DNA of 37,935 nt, taken from IMG/VR virus record IMGVR_UViG_3300029258_003251; one strand, 5' to 3'. Positions 7,927 to 17,062 of the stretch are shown piece after piece. The stretch's first letter is position 1, and every line of letters starts with the position of its first letter. The notes beneath the pieces are model-generated. The model was not told the origin of the DNA and made no database searches. It was given only the letters and a program-made list of their open reading frames with translations. Both the position numbers and the translations under genes were made by a program. Source of the DNA: a virus.

Positions 7927-9156
7927 TCAGCCTTTGTTTCCATTTATTAATTTAGCCTCTTTCCCTGTGAATGTTTCCCATCTTTCAATTATGATATTGC
8001 AGTAAGCGGGATCTATTTCCATGCCAAGACAAGTGCGGTTTGTTTTCTCACAGGCTATGAGGGTAGAGCCAGAGCCTAGAAAGCCATCCCAGATAAGCAT
8101 TCCTTTTTTACTAGAATGAATAATGGCATGCTCAATAACTGAAATGGGTTTTGAGGTGGGATGGCTTTTATGTGGCGTTTTTGTAAAAACCCAATAACCG
8201 TATGCGTGCCCCTCATCTGGATACTTAAAATAATAATTTGGGGTATGCCCATAGCATATCATTTCAAGACTAGAAAAATTCCATGTCTTCTTTGTTAAGC
8301 TTGGCATAGGGTTTTGTTTACACCAAATTAAATAGCTATAAAAAGAGCAATAAGAGCCCATCCATTCCCATATTTTTGGTGCAACGAATTGTGATGTGAA
8401 AATATAATAAGAGCACCCTGACTTAGATAGAGCGGGCAAATTATTTAGCATTGGATTAATATCAAAATCCTGGTCCCATTCTGAGTTTTTCAATGTTTTA
8501 ACAGCTTTATTAACATCAGAGCCAAGACAGCTTGTTTTCCCACCGCAGTTATACGGTGGATCAGTAAACACCATATCCGCTTTCTTACCATTCATTAGCC
8601 GATCCAGATTTTCTTTTACAGTGCAGTCACCGCATAAGAGCCTATGCTCACCAAGCACCCACAGATCTCCCTCTTTACACCTAGCCTCAGCATTCCCTGG
8701 CACACTGTCCGCATCCTTATCCTCAAACTTATCAGCTATCTCCATCTCAAAATTTTCAAGGCCCAGCATATTCACATCAAAGTCAGGGCCTAAGTTTTCC
8801 ATTTCAGCATTCACAAAGCTAAGGTCAATACCTACCCCTGCCCACTCATGTAGTGAGTTGTCAGCCACAATGTCTGCATATTCCTGATCGGTATTCTCAT
8901 AGTTTTGATAATCCACAGGGGCACTAGGCCAGCCTTTTAGCTTAGCTGCCTCAAGAGCGCCATGCCCTGCGGTGATATAACCAGACTGCTTACTCACTCT
9001 TATAGGCCTACGCCACCCCTGGTATTCAATAATATCTGCCAGACGTTTTATCTGATCATCGGTATGCTTATTGGGGTTTCTGGGATGAGGCTTAAGATCC
9101 TCAATAGCTTTCATCTCGGTATGTTCACACCTAATCGGTATCTCATTGCGTGCCAT
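7927..9156 (-). CDS. ParB-like nuclease domain fused to an N6/N4 DNA methyltransferase.
   Basis: N-terminal KPHPRNPNKH...ITAGHGALEAAKL (ParB/Srx-like), then VFTDPPYN (DPPY motif) and C-terminal DGFLGSGSTLIACEKTNRTCLGMEIDPAY (SAM-binding FxGxG). Confidence 0.9.
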   Translation of the reverse strand: MARNEIPIRCEHTEMKAIEDLKPHPRNPNKHTDDQIKRLADIIEYQGWRRPIRVSKQSGYITAGHGALEAAKLKGWPSAPVDYQNYENTDQEYADIVADNSLHEWAGVGIDLSFVNAEMENLGPDFDVNMLGLENFEMEIADKFEDKDADSVPGNAEARCKEGDLWVLGEHRLLCGDCTVKENLDRLMNGKKADMVFTDPPYNCGGKTSCLGSDVNKAVKTLKNSEWDQDFDINPMLNNLPALSKSGCSYYIFTSQFVAPKIWEWMGSYCSFYSYLIWCKQNPMPSLTKKTWNFSSLEMICYGHTPNYYFKYPDEGHAYGYWVFTKTPHKSHPTSKPISVIEHAIIHSSKKGMLIWDGFLGSGSTLIACEKTNRTCLGMEIDPAYCNIIIERWETFTGKEAKLINGNKG

Positions 9157-9207
9157 GCTTTACCCCCTTTATGAGATACAATATAGGCAAACCCACCAGG
9201 ACACACA

Positions 9208-9450
9208 ATGCCCAGATATGATTTTTTCTGTAAAAGATGTGAGAGAGAGACCACCGTTTTCACTCCAGAAGATCGCCCAATACATCTGCGCAGTGTCAAA
9301 TGTGAGCATTGTGGTAAAAACAATCTTGAGCTAGTAGCCTATTACTATGATGATAAAACCCTTCTCTATGCCATTCAGTATCAAATAGATAGCTTGATAG
9401 CTAAGGTAGATACTATTATAGAGAAGTTAGGCCCAGTAGATGAGGATTGA
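9208..9450 (+). CDS. FmdB-type zinc-ribbon protein.
   Basis: MPRYDFFCKRC...VKCEHCG. It is the first gene of the rightward block. Confidence 0.7.
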   Translation: MPRYDFFCKRCERETTVFTPEDRPIHLRSVKCEHCGKNNLELVAYYYDDKTLLYAIQYQIDSLIAKVDTIIEKLGPVDED

Positions 9451-9486
9451 TCCCACATCCTACTGATTAAGTAAAAAGGGGGGTAT

Positions 9487-10167
9487 ATGCCTAAGAAAAA
9501 AGATTCTGATTATCTAACTGATCCCGCAGAAACTGAAGAGCTAGAGATTAAAAAACCCACGCCTGCCATGCCAGCTGAGCACGAGAGAGCATCAAAAGTA
9601 TTCAAGCATCTTGCCTATAAATTGCACCTTGGCACATTCAAAAGGAATATTTCCTATAAGTACCTAGAGCCCAGCATCCAAACCATTGAGCACGTTCATT
9701 TCTACCACTCGGTAGATAGGTCCGGTAGACCACTCAAATACAGTGCCCCTGTGGGTGGGCATTTCCATGAAGTCAAAGTCCATTGGGATAAGCCAGCCAT
9801 CACAAAAGAATTCAAGGATCCAGATGGCACAATGCGTACTTATTCAGGCCCTCAATTTGAAGTAGGCCCCCCTCTTACCATGGCCAGCATCCGCATTGGC
9901 AGATCTAAAAGATTTGTCAAAAAGCCGGTGCGCGTTAAATGGCCTTTAGTAGATGATGAGGGTAATGAAACCTACATTGAGGATAACCACACCCATTTCC
10001 TAGAGTACATAGGCACCGACATCATAAGCGAAGCTACACAGAAAGAAGCCCAAGAGAGAGATAGGGTAAAGATTCAGCCCATGGTATCCAGACATCAGGC
10101 CACTACCCAGGCACAAGCCTTACAGCAGTTAGGCACAGGCAATTATTCAAATACAAAGCAGGAATAG
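9487..10167 (+). CDS. Hypothetical protein with His-rich motifs (226 aa).
   Basis: GGGGGGTAT RBS, with HVHFYH, GGHFHEVKVH and NHTHF motifs. Function unknown. Confidence 0.75.
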   Translation: MPKKKDSDYLTDPAETEELEIKKPTPAMPAEHERASKVFKHLAYKLHLGTFKRNISYKYLEPSIQTIEHVHFYHSVDRSGRPLKYSAPVGGHFHEVKVHWDKPAITKEFKDPDGTMRTYSGPQFEVGPPLTMASIRIGRSKRFVKKPVRVKWPLVDDEGNETYIEDNHTHFLEYIGTDIISEATQKEAQERDRVKIQPMVSRHQATTQAQALQQLGTGNYSNTKQE

Positions 10168-10356
10168 ATGAAATTCATAACCAAGAAATGTGCTGTGTGT
10201 AAGAAGAAATTCAAAGCTAAAGATTGGGGTAAAGGCCTAAAACAAACAGCCAAGACCTGTTCAGAAAGATGCAGAGCAGTATTAATCAGCAGGTCTTTAG
10301 TGGCATCACACAGGGAAAGACGCAATGCTGCTACTAGATGTGACACAGGAATTTGA
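10168..10356 (+). CDS. Small zinc-binding protein.
   Basis: CAVCKKKF...CSERC. The start abuts the upstream stop. Confidence 0.55.
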   Translation: MKFITKKCAVCKKKFKAKDWGKGLKQTAKTCSERCRAVLISRSLVASHRERRNAATRCDTGI

Positions 10357-10672
10357 TAGGCAGTTAAAAGCCTACTTAGGCCATAAGCCAAATGCCTATC
10401 AATTCCTGAAAACCCATGAGCGCAGGACTTTAGTACTAACCAATCTCTGTGCTCAGGTGCTGGCATATGAGAATGCAGCAGGCCCCCGGGCCACCAAAGC
10501 CCAAAGGAATTTACTCATTAAAGAGGGTGTCAAGATATTCTGCTCTGCAGCACTGCAGCATAAGCATCAGCAGTTAATGAGTGATATTCAAAGGCACATG
10601 GTGGCCAACCCACCAGAGCAGAGAGCTAAAGAGGAAATGAAGGAAATATTTAAGGAGAAATCCGATGAGTGA
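10325..10672 (+). CDS. Hypothetical protein (115 aa).
   Basis: ORF in a co-directional chain. The start is uncertain. Confidence 0.55.
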   Translation: MLLLDVTQEFDRQLKAYLGHKPNAYQFLKTHERRTLVLTNLCAQVLAYENAAGPRATKAQRNLLIKEGVKIFCSAALQHKHQQLMSDIQRHMVANPPEQRAKEEMKEIFKEKSDE

Positions 10673-10862
10673 AAAATACTATTTGGTATTTGCCAGACAG
10701 ACACCACATGGCCTGTATACAGATTTTGTACCCTGTGATGGGAAATGTGCTGCACAGCAGATAGGGGATCACTTAATAAAAGAGGGCCAGGCACAAGACT
10801 TTGTTATAATTAGGGGTGAACTAATAACACAATATGGCCAGACTAAAACCAAAAAAGAATAA
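10665..10862 (+). CDS. Hypothetical protein (65 aa).
   Basis: ORF overlapping the upstream stop by 8 nt. Confidence 0.55.
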   Translation: MSEKYYLVFARQTPHGLYTDFVPCDGKCAAQQIGDHLIKEGQAQDFVIIRGELITQYGQTKTKKE

Positions 10863-11211
10863 GACATATCCAAGGTGTAGCACCAAACATGCCCAAGACA
10901 AAATAGACTGGGATAAGTTTGATTGGCTTCTAGAGCACTGGCTCAGACTTGAGGATATAGCCGACTTCTTTAATATTGGGCATGATACTATCCGCAGAGC
11001 CTGCCTCAGGGAAAAAGGAGAAAACTTTGAGAGTTATGCAGATAAAAAGCGCGTTAAAATGCGGATTCTCCTTATGCAGAAAACCATTGAAAAGATCAAG
11101 GCTGGTAATAACACAATGATCATATTTGGCCTAAAAAATATGATGGATTGGCATGATAATGTAAAAAACCAGCTAGAAGCACCACAGGGATTTACCTTTA
11201 AGGGAGTATGA
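10834..11211 (+). CDS. terS: Terminase small subunit.
   Basis: Sits immediately upstream of and overlapping the large terminase. It has the HTH-like LEDIADFFNIGHDTIRRA and a C-terminal MIIFGLKNMMDWHDN block typical of small terminases. Confidence 0.7.
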   Translation: MARLKPKKNKTYPRCSTKHAQDKIDWDKFDWLLEHWLRLEDIADFFNIGHDTIRRACLREKGENFESYADKKRVKMRILLMQKTIEKIKAGNNTMIIFGLKNMMDWHDNVKNQLEAPQGFTFKGV

Positions 11212-12491
11212 GCAGGGAAATAGAGTATAAACCCCTCTCTTATCAAAAGCCTTTCCACTTATCTACCAAACCCAAAGTCTACTTATCCTCTGGTTTTGGT
11301 GCTGGTAAGACCTATTCCCTTGTGATGAAGGCCTTTCAGCTTATGCACCTTAATCAGGATATGGCGGGCGGGATCTTGTGCCCTAGTATCAAAATGTATA
11401 AGCGTGATGTCTACCCCACCATAAAAGAAATATGCTATGAGAATGGCATACCTCACCAATACAATAAGACAGACCTGCAATGGTATTTCCCAGATGCCAG
11501 GGCTCTTGTTTACATATTCCACAGTGAGGATGAGGGAGCCAGTATCAGAGGCCCCAATCTAGCATGGGGCTGTATCAATGAGGTAACCCTAGTCAGTGAG
11601 ATGGCCTTTAAAGCACTCATATCTCGTATCAGAAAGAAAGAGGCTAAGCTGCTCCAGTTAGCCATGAGTGGCACACCTGAATCATTCAACTGGTGTTATG
11701 AGTACTTCATACAGGAGCCTAGACAAGACACTGATCTGATATTTGGTAACAGTGCCGAGAATATTTATAATGCGGATAGCTATATCCAGATGCTGAGAGA
11801 TTCATATGATGAGCTAATGCAGCAGCAGTATATTGATGGCAAATTTGTTAACCTAACTGGTAAGAGGTGTGCCTATGCATTCGATAGGTTTAAACATACT
11901 GCGGATGATATTGATAAGCTTGATGGCTTTCCTGTGTATGTGTCTCTTGATTTCAACGTTGATCCTATGGCCGCTACTTTATGGAATAGGCTACCTGGTA
12001 TTACTCAAAAATCAAATAGGCAGAAAACAAGGGGGGCAATACTCAGAGCATGGGATCAAATCAGAATCCCAGGAGCAGACACATACGACGTGTGCAAAGC
12101 CATACGGGAAAAAACATTTAAGACTGATCAGATCGCTATATTTCCCGATCCAGCAGGGGCATCACGATCAACCAAAGTAAAGCACCTCACAGATATAGAC
12201 ATACTAGAAAGTGAGGGATTTACTGATATCCGGTATAAGAGAAAGATCAGTGTCAGGAATTGCCTTAATGCACTCAATGCCATGTTTAATCGGAATGAGG
12301 TTATAATTAATAGGGTAAAGTGTCCTGATGTGGTGGCAGATCTAGAGCAGTGCGTCTTTAGGCAGGGAGTTTTTGAAATTGACAAGACAAACCTTAAGCG
12401 CTCTCACTGGCTTGATGGGTTAAAAAACATGGTAGATTATGAATTCCCCATTAAGGTAGGCAGAGGATTTAGAGAGGTGAGATACAGATGA
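11208..12491 (+). CDS. terL: Terminase large subunit (ATPase plus nuclease).
   Basis: Walker A SSGFGAGKTY, the right size (427 aa) and a position directly upstream of the portal gene. Confidence 0.9.
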   Translation: MSREIEYKPLSYQKPFHLSTKPKVYLSSGFGAGKTYSLVMKAFQLMHLNQDMAGGILCPSIKMYKRDVYPTIKEICYENGIPHQYNKTDLQWYFPDARALVYIFHSEDEGASIRGPNLAWGCINEVTLVSEMAFKALISRIRKKEAKLLQLAMSGTPESFNWCYEYFIQEPRQDTDLIFGNSAENIYNADSYIQMLRDSYDELMQQQYIDGKFVNLTGKRCAYAFDRFKHTADDIDKLDGFPVYVSLDFNVDPMAATLWNRLPGITQKSNRQKTRGAILRAWDQIRIPGADTYDVCKAIREKTFKTDQIAIFPDPAGASRSTKVKHLTDIDILESEGFTDIRYKRKISVRNCLNALNAMFNRNEVIINRVKCPDVVADLEQCVFRQGVFEIDKTNLKRSHWLDGLKNMVDYEFPIKVGRGFREVRYR

Positions 12492-14224
12492 GCCAGCTTA
12501 TTAAAAACGAATCAGACATATTGCAGCAGAGTATTAGGGCAGAGGTATTGGATGAGATTACTAATGGCTGGGAGAATAAGCAGCGCAGATTCTGGGAGCT
12601 AAGAAAGCATGAGATATACCGGGATAAAAACAGTAAATGGGTAATGCAAGCTCTCATGAATGAAGGATTTCAGGATACCACCCTTTTTCAAATGCAGAAT
12701 AGAGCCTCTAATATAAGTATCTGTAGAAAGATAGTAAATAAGCTAGCTCAGGCCTATACAGGGGGTGTGGACAGAAAGGTTGAGGATCAGAAGTCTCAGG
12801 AAAGCATTGATGCTTTAGAGAGAGAGATAGACGCCACCACCCTCTTTTTAAAAAGTGATCGGTACAGGCAGCTATTTAAAAATACCATGATGCAGATAGT
12901 GCCTGTGATATCCAGAAGGGAAAGCCTACCCAATAAAGCGGTATATGATTTATTGGCCAGGGTATTAGCTCCTTGGCAGTACGATGTGATAGAGGATCCT
13001 AATGATCCCACTAAGCCCATGGTGATAATCCTGTCCGATTTCCAAGAGCAGCACCAAATGCTATTTGATTGGTTTTATGATCAGCTTAGAGGTAGCCAGG
13101 GCAGAAGGCCTGCCAATAGAATACCACTAAAAGATGGCTCTAATAGGCGTGATGATAAGATAGCTGATACCCGCATTGATAAAGGCATGGGAGATAAACC
13201 CAGACGCTTTATTTGGTGGTCTGATAATTTCCATTTCACCACCGATGCCAAAGGGGCAGTTACTAAAACCCCATTTGATGGTGGGGTAAATAGCCCGCAA
13301 GAATTGGCTAAGTCCGGGAAAAACCCCATTGAGATAATGCCTTTTGTCAATATCACAGGGGATCAGGACGGCTTTTTCTGGGCTGCTGGTGGTGAGGATG
13401 TAGTAGAGGGCAGCCTATTAATCAATAAGATATTGACTGATATCAACTATGTGACCTTTACCCAGGGCTTTGGCCAGTTGGTTATAGCGGGTAAAGATTT
13501 GCCCAAAAAGATAGTGGGTGGCCCCGATAGAGCCCTCACTTTTGATTTGAAGCCAGACGATCCTAACCCGCAGGTATTCTATGCGTCTAGTAATCCGCCT
13601 GTGGCTGAATGGCTGCAAACTGTAGTCAGCTATCTTGGTATGCTGCTTAGCACTAATGATCTGAGCCCCAGAAATATCAGCGCTAAGCTTGATGTGACAA
13701 ATGTAGCTAGCGGCATAGCTATGCTCATTGAGCAGAGCGAAAGCACTGCTGATATTCAAGTGATTCAGAATCTGTATAGGGATAAGGAACCCCTGTTTTG
13801 GGAGATCTTAAAGCGGTGGCATGAGCTATATCACAAGACAGGCCAACTAGTAGAAAACCTACAAGAGATAGCCCCCTTTACTGACAGTGATGTGAAACTC
13901 AAATTCCACCAGCTTAAGCCTGTGATCACAGAGAAAGAACAGTTAGAGAATATCAAGCTTAGAAAAGAGTTGGGGCTTAATACTATTGCGGAATTACTCA
14001 TGATCGATAACCCCGATCTGAGTGAGGATGAGGCTAAAGCTAAGGCTGAGGAGATCATGAATGAGAAGAAAGAGCGCAGAGATCAGATGGTGGGTGATAT
14101 GATGAGTAAAGTACCAAGCAATCTTAAGCCAGGAGAAAAAGAAGATGGCCAAGAAAAAGTGCAAGAAAAAGAAACCCAAGAAATAGGAGCAGAGGATGCC
14201 AGTCAAGAGCAGGGCACAAGCTAG
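12488..14224 (+). CDS. Portal protein.
   Basis: 578-aa ORF overlapping the terL stop, with an acidic Glu/Lys-rich C-terminal tail. The call rests on canonical position and size. Confidence 0.8.
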   Translation: MSQLIKNESDILQQSIRAEVLDEITNGWENKQRRFWELRKHEIYRDKNSKWVMQALMNEGFQDTTLFQMQNRASNISICRKIVNKLAQAYTGGVDRKVEDQKSQESIDALEREIDATTLFLKSDRYRQLFKNTMMQIVPVISRRESLPNKAVYDLLARVLAPWQYDVIEDPNDPTKPMVIILSDFQEQHQMLFDWFYDQLRGSQGRRPANRIPLKDGSNRRDDKIADTRIDKGMGDKPRRFIWWSDNFHFTTDAKGAVTKTPFDGGVNSPQELAKSGKNPIEIMPFVNITGDQDGFFWAAGGEDVVEGSLLINKILTDINYVTFTQGFGQLVIAGKDLPKKIVGGPDRALTFDLKPDDPNPQVFYASSNPPVAEWLQTVVSYLGMLLSTNDLSPRNISAKLDVTNVASGIAMLIEQSESTADIQVIQNLYRDKEPLFWEILKRWHELYHKTGQLVENLQEIAPFTDSDVKLKFHQLKPVITEKEQLENIKLRKELGLNTIAELLMIDNPDLSEDEAKAKAEEIMNEKKERRDQMVGDMMSKVPSNLKPGEKEDGQEKVQEKETQEIGAEDASQEQGTS

Positions 14225-14354
14225 GTTATTTGGTGCTGTGGCAGGGGGCAGAAAAACCAAAGCCAAAACCTTGAGTAAGGCCAAAGCAAAGGAAAGCCTC
14301 AAAGGCCAAAAACTTAAAAAGCTACCTGAGAGAGTAAAGAAAAAAAAGAAATAG
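14196..14354 (+). CDS. Small Lys-rich protein (52 aa), missing from the ORF track because it is under 60 aa.
   Basis: AGGAG lies 5 nt upstream of the ATG at 14196. It reads MPVKSRAQARLFGAVAGGRKTKAKTLSKAKAKESLKGQKLKKLPERVKKKKK, which resembles short KSKAQ..GA..GG proteins (DUF3008-like, from memory). Confidence 0.45.
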   Translation: MPVKSRAQARLFGAVAGGRKTKAKTLSKAKAKESLKGQKLKKLPERVKKKKK

Positions 14355-14364
14355 GGGGGTAACC

Positions 14365-14463
14365 ATGTATCATCCAGGAACCAAAGTAGAGGATTTGACC
14401 TTGCATATTGCCAACCCGGCTGACTTGGTGCAGCCAGGAGATACGGTTGATAGCATTGTGTAA
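14365..14463 (+). CDS. Very small ORF (32 aa), translationally coupled to the next gene.
   Basis: TAGGGGGGTAACC RBS motif before the ATG. Its stop overlaps the next start (TAATG). Confidence 0.35.
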   Translation: MYHPGTKVEDLTLHIANPADLVQPGDTVDSIV

Positions 14464-14933
14464 TGGGCAAACAGAAGCCAGTCGAATATCAGTTTGATCC
14501 CTTTGAATTAACCGGGCTTAAAAAACCTAGGGGGGTTGATAAAAGGGAGATACTAAAAGAGGTGGGGGAGTTTGTCCTAGAATCTGTATTAGATAAAGTA
14601 GGCGGGACAAATTCCCCTGTCTCTGGTCACGGCAGATTTAAAAGGCTCACCAAGAAATACAAAGCTAGAAAGGTGGCTCAGGGTGGGGCCCCAGTGCCAG
14701 ATCTTGAGTTAGAAGGGGATCTGCTAGATTCTCTTAGGGCTCCCATAAGAAATGGGAAATTAGTTTTAAAGGTAACCCCATCACAAAACGATAAAGCCGA
14801 TGGCCACAATAATCACAGCGGCAAATCTGAGATACCTACCAGGCGCTTTATCCCTAAAAAGAAAGATGGGGAGACATTCAAAAAAGATATCATCAAAGGA
14901 ATGCGCCGTATCATCAAATCATTTGAGGAATAA
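14463..14933 (+). CDS. Virion morphogenesis-like protein, paralog 1 (HK97 gp10 / P2 gpS-like motif pattern).
   Basis: GDLLDSLRAP...KADGHNNHSGKSEIPTRRFIP, shared with the next ORF. Confidence 0.6.
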   Translation: MGKQKPVEYQFDPFELTGLKKPRGVDKREILKEVGEFVLESVLDKVGGTNSPVSGHGRFKRLTKKYKARKVAQGGAPVPDLELEGDLLDSLRAPIRNGKLVLKVTPSQNDKADGHNNHSGKSEIPTRRFIPKKKDGETFKKDIIKGMRRIIKSFEE

Positions 14934-15472
14934 TGCCTGTTAAATTTAAAGCCGAGGTAGACACAAAAGCACTAGAAAGCATCAAGAAAAAAACCAAACA
15001 ACTTAAGAAGCCTGTGACTAGAGACTTTGCCAGGCAAATAGGCAGAGTAATAGTTAAGGAAATGAAGCGCATTATTAAGCGCGGTGTCAACCCAATTAAG
15101 GGATGGGGCAAATTCCCGGCATATAGGGGTAAGTATAGAAAGCAGATACAGAAAAAAGGCTATGTAAGCGTAGATGGAGAAAGGGTAAGTAAGAAGCTAA
15201 GGCCTGTAAATTTAAAGCTTACTGGCAAATTTCTGAGCACTCTAACCAGTAAAGCAGAGCCCGATAAAACCGGCTTTAGTGCTGTGGTGAGATATAAGAC
15301 AGATTTATCTGAGAAAAAAGAAGACGGGCACAGGACAGGACACAATGAGCAGGCTGAAAGGCCCACTATCCCACAAAAAAAGCTTAGAGAGGATTTCCAA
15401 AAATCTATCAGTGATAAATACATAAGGCTATTTAACAAAGCAATTAAGAGGGTGACTGATAAGAAGCGTTAA
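14933..15472 (+). CDS. Virion morphogenesis-like protein, paralog 2.
   Basis: TGKFLSTLTSK...KEDGHRTGHNEQAERPTIPQ parallels the previous ORF. TAATG start/stop overlap. Confidence 0.6.
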   Translation: MPVKFKAEVDTKALESIKKKTKQLKKPVTRDFARQIGRVIVKEMKRIIKRGVNPIKGWGKFPAYRGKYRKQIQKKGYVSVDGERVSKKLRPVNLKLTGKFLSTLTSKAEPDKTGFSAVVRYKTDLSEKKEDGHRTGHNEQAERPTIPQKKLREDFQKSISDKYIRLFNKAIKRVTDKKR

Positions 15473-15507
15473 ATTTTTATTTAAAAAAACCAAAAAGGAG
15501 TATACTA

Positions 15508-16188
15508 ATGAATAACGGATCCACAAGCGGTGCTGTGGCAGGTGATGGCGGTGCCAATCCTGGTAATCAAGAAAAAACAGGTCAAGAATCAAACCCGAAT
15601 ACCACCCCTAACGAACGATTAGTCAAATGGGAAGATCACAAGCGTGCCATTGATGACATGCTTGATAAAAAAGCCAGGCTAAAAGAAGCAGAAGAAAAAA
15701 TAGCCGAGCTTGAAAGGGGTAAGCTTCAGGAAAAAGAGGAATACAAAACGCTATATGAGCAGACTAAGGCTGATGTGGATAAGTGGAAAACAGAGGCGGA
15801 AAACGGAAAGAAATTATTTAAGCATACCCAAAAATATAACGCGGTTAAAAAAGCAGCCCTGGAATCGGGTATGCTACCAGAAGCCTTAGACGATCTTGAT
15901 CTATTAGACCTTGATTCAATCGTAGTTGAAACAACGGATGCTGGGCGCTATGCGGTGCATGGCGTTAAGGAATTCGTAGAGAAGTTAAAAACCAATAAAG
16001 CGCATTGGTTTAAAAAGGCTGATGGGCCCACGGTTGATAGCGGTGGTGGCGGTGCCCCGCCAAAGGAACCAGGGCCAGTTACAGCCCAAGATGTAATCAA
16101 GGCAGAAAGGCAATGGCGAATGGGTAAGATCACAGAGGCTGAATACCATGAGATTTATACCAAGTACGCTGGCCAGACTGCCCAATAA
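15508..16188 (+). CDS. Scaffolding protein.
   Basis: Charged, coiled-coil-like sequence (KARLKEAEEKIAELERGKLQEKEEYKTLYEQTKADVDKWK) immediately upstream of the capsid gene, with an AAAAAGGAG RBS. Confidence 0.65.
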   Translation: MNNGSTSGAVAGDGGANPGNQEKTGQESNPNTTPNERLVKWEDHKRAIDDMLDKKARLKEAEEKIAELERGKLQEKEEYKTLYEQTKADVDKWKTEAENGKKLFKHTQKYNAVKKAALESGMLPEALDDLDLLDLDSIVVETTDAGRYAVHGVKEFVEKLKTNKAHWFKKADGPTVDSGGGGAPPKEPGPVTAQDVIKAERQWRMGKITEAEYHEIYTKYAGQTAQ

Positions 16189-16203
16189 AGAAAGGGTTAA
16201 GCT

Positions 16204-17049
16204 ATGGCAGATCAAGTTATGCGTGGCTCTGTAGAGCTTGATGCTCTAAAGCCAGAACTATGGAGCGCTGCATTCTTTCCCACTCTCTTAGAGACCTTGC
16301 CTTTTAATGGCGTGGTCGCTAGGGATTATGAGGGAGATATTAGGGCTCTTGGCGATACTGTTAACATTACCGAATTTCCTCAGTTTGATGAGGCAGAGGA
16401 AATTCAAGAGGATCAGAAAGTCGATGCTGATTCTATCACCGCTAGTAACCAGCAGCTGGTTATTAATAAGCAGGTGGTTAAGGACTACATCGTCACAGAT
16501 CGGGCTAAAGTGCAGACTATTGAGCATGCCAATGCTCTTAGGGACTTGGCCTTTCACAGCATCTTTAAAAAGATGCAGAGCATTCTAATTGCAGCCACTG
16601 TTCCCAGCGCCGCTGCTCCCGATCATCAGATTCCTTATGATGCTGGCAGTACTCTGGCCCTGGCAGACATGCTTGAGGCTAAAGAGCTACTGGATACCCA
16701 GAATGTGCCGGACGATGGATCCAGGCAGATGATTCTGGATAGCCCGCAGTGGAATGATATTTTTAATATCACTGGCTTTACCTCAAGGGATTTCATCCCC
16801 ACGGGTAGCCCTCTTTCCACAGGTGCCCTGCCTGCCCAGGTCTTGGGTTTCAATCCCAAGTTTACCACTGAGGCAAGTGCAGTAGCCTATTTCTTTCATC
16901 CTATGTATATGAACATGGCTGTTCAAAAAATGCTGGATGTAAAGGAATTTGACCAGGGGGTTGAGGGTAAGCGCAGTGTCAGGATCAATAGCACCATCCT
17001 GTTTGGTGTTAAGCAGACTTCTGACATTCGGGTGGTTACCATTTCCTAA
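16204..17049 (+). CDS. Major capsid protein (HK97-fold expected).
   Basis: Follows the scaffold gene, is 281 aa, and has an N-terminal LWSAAFFPTLLE...GDTVNI pattern common in phage coat proteins. Confidence 0.75.
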   Translation: MADQVMRGSVELDALKPELWSAAFFPTLLETLPFNGVVARDYEGDIRALGDTVNITEFPQFDEAEEIQEDQKVDADSITASNQQLVINKQVVKDYIVTDRAKVQTIEHANALRDLAFHSIFKKMQSILIAATVPSAAAPDHQIPYDAGSTLALADMLEAKELLDTQNVPDDGSRQMILDSPQWNDIFNITGFTSRDFIPTGSPLSTGALPAQVLGFNPKFTTEASAVAYFFHPMYMNMAVQKMLDVKEFDQGVEGKRSVRINSTILFGVKQTSDIRVVTIS

Positions 17050-17062
17050 TTGGGGGTAAACA

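Noticed and set aside
7864-7929. In-frame TGA and TAG between the methyltransferase and the HNH-like frame, considered as evidence for stop-codon reassignment.
   Set aside because: All other genes, including long structural ORFs, are intact under the standard code and end at TAA, TAG or TGA with coupled downstream starts. Nothing else is fragmented, so recoding is not supported.
10143-10466. A 107-aa minus-strand ORF inside the rightward gene chain.
   Set aside because: It is antisense to two coupled + strand ORFs within a uniformly + strand operon, with no RBS.
13994-14470. A 158-aa minus-strand ORF antisense to the portal 3' end and the mini-ORFs.
   Set aside because: It is the Phe/Leu-rich complement of a purine-rich (Lys/Glu) coding stretch. 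It conflicts with translationally coupled + strand genes.
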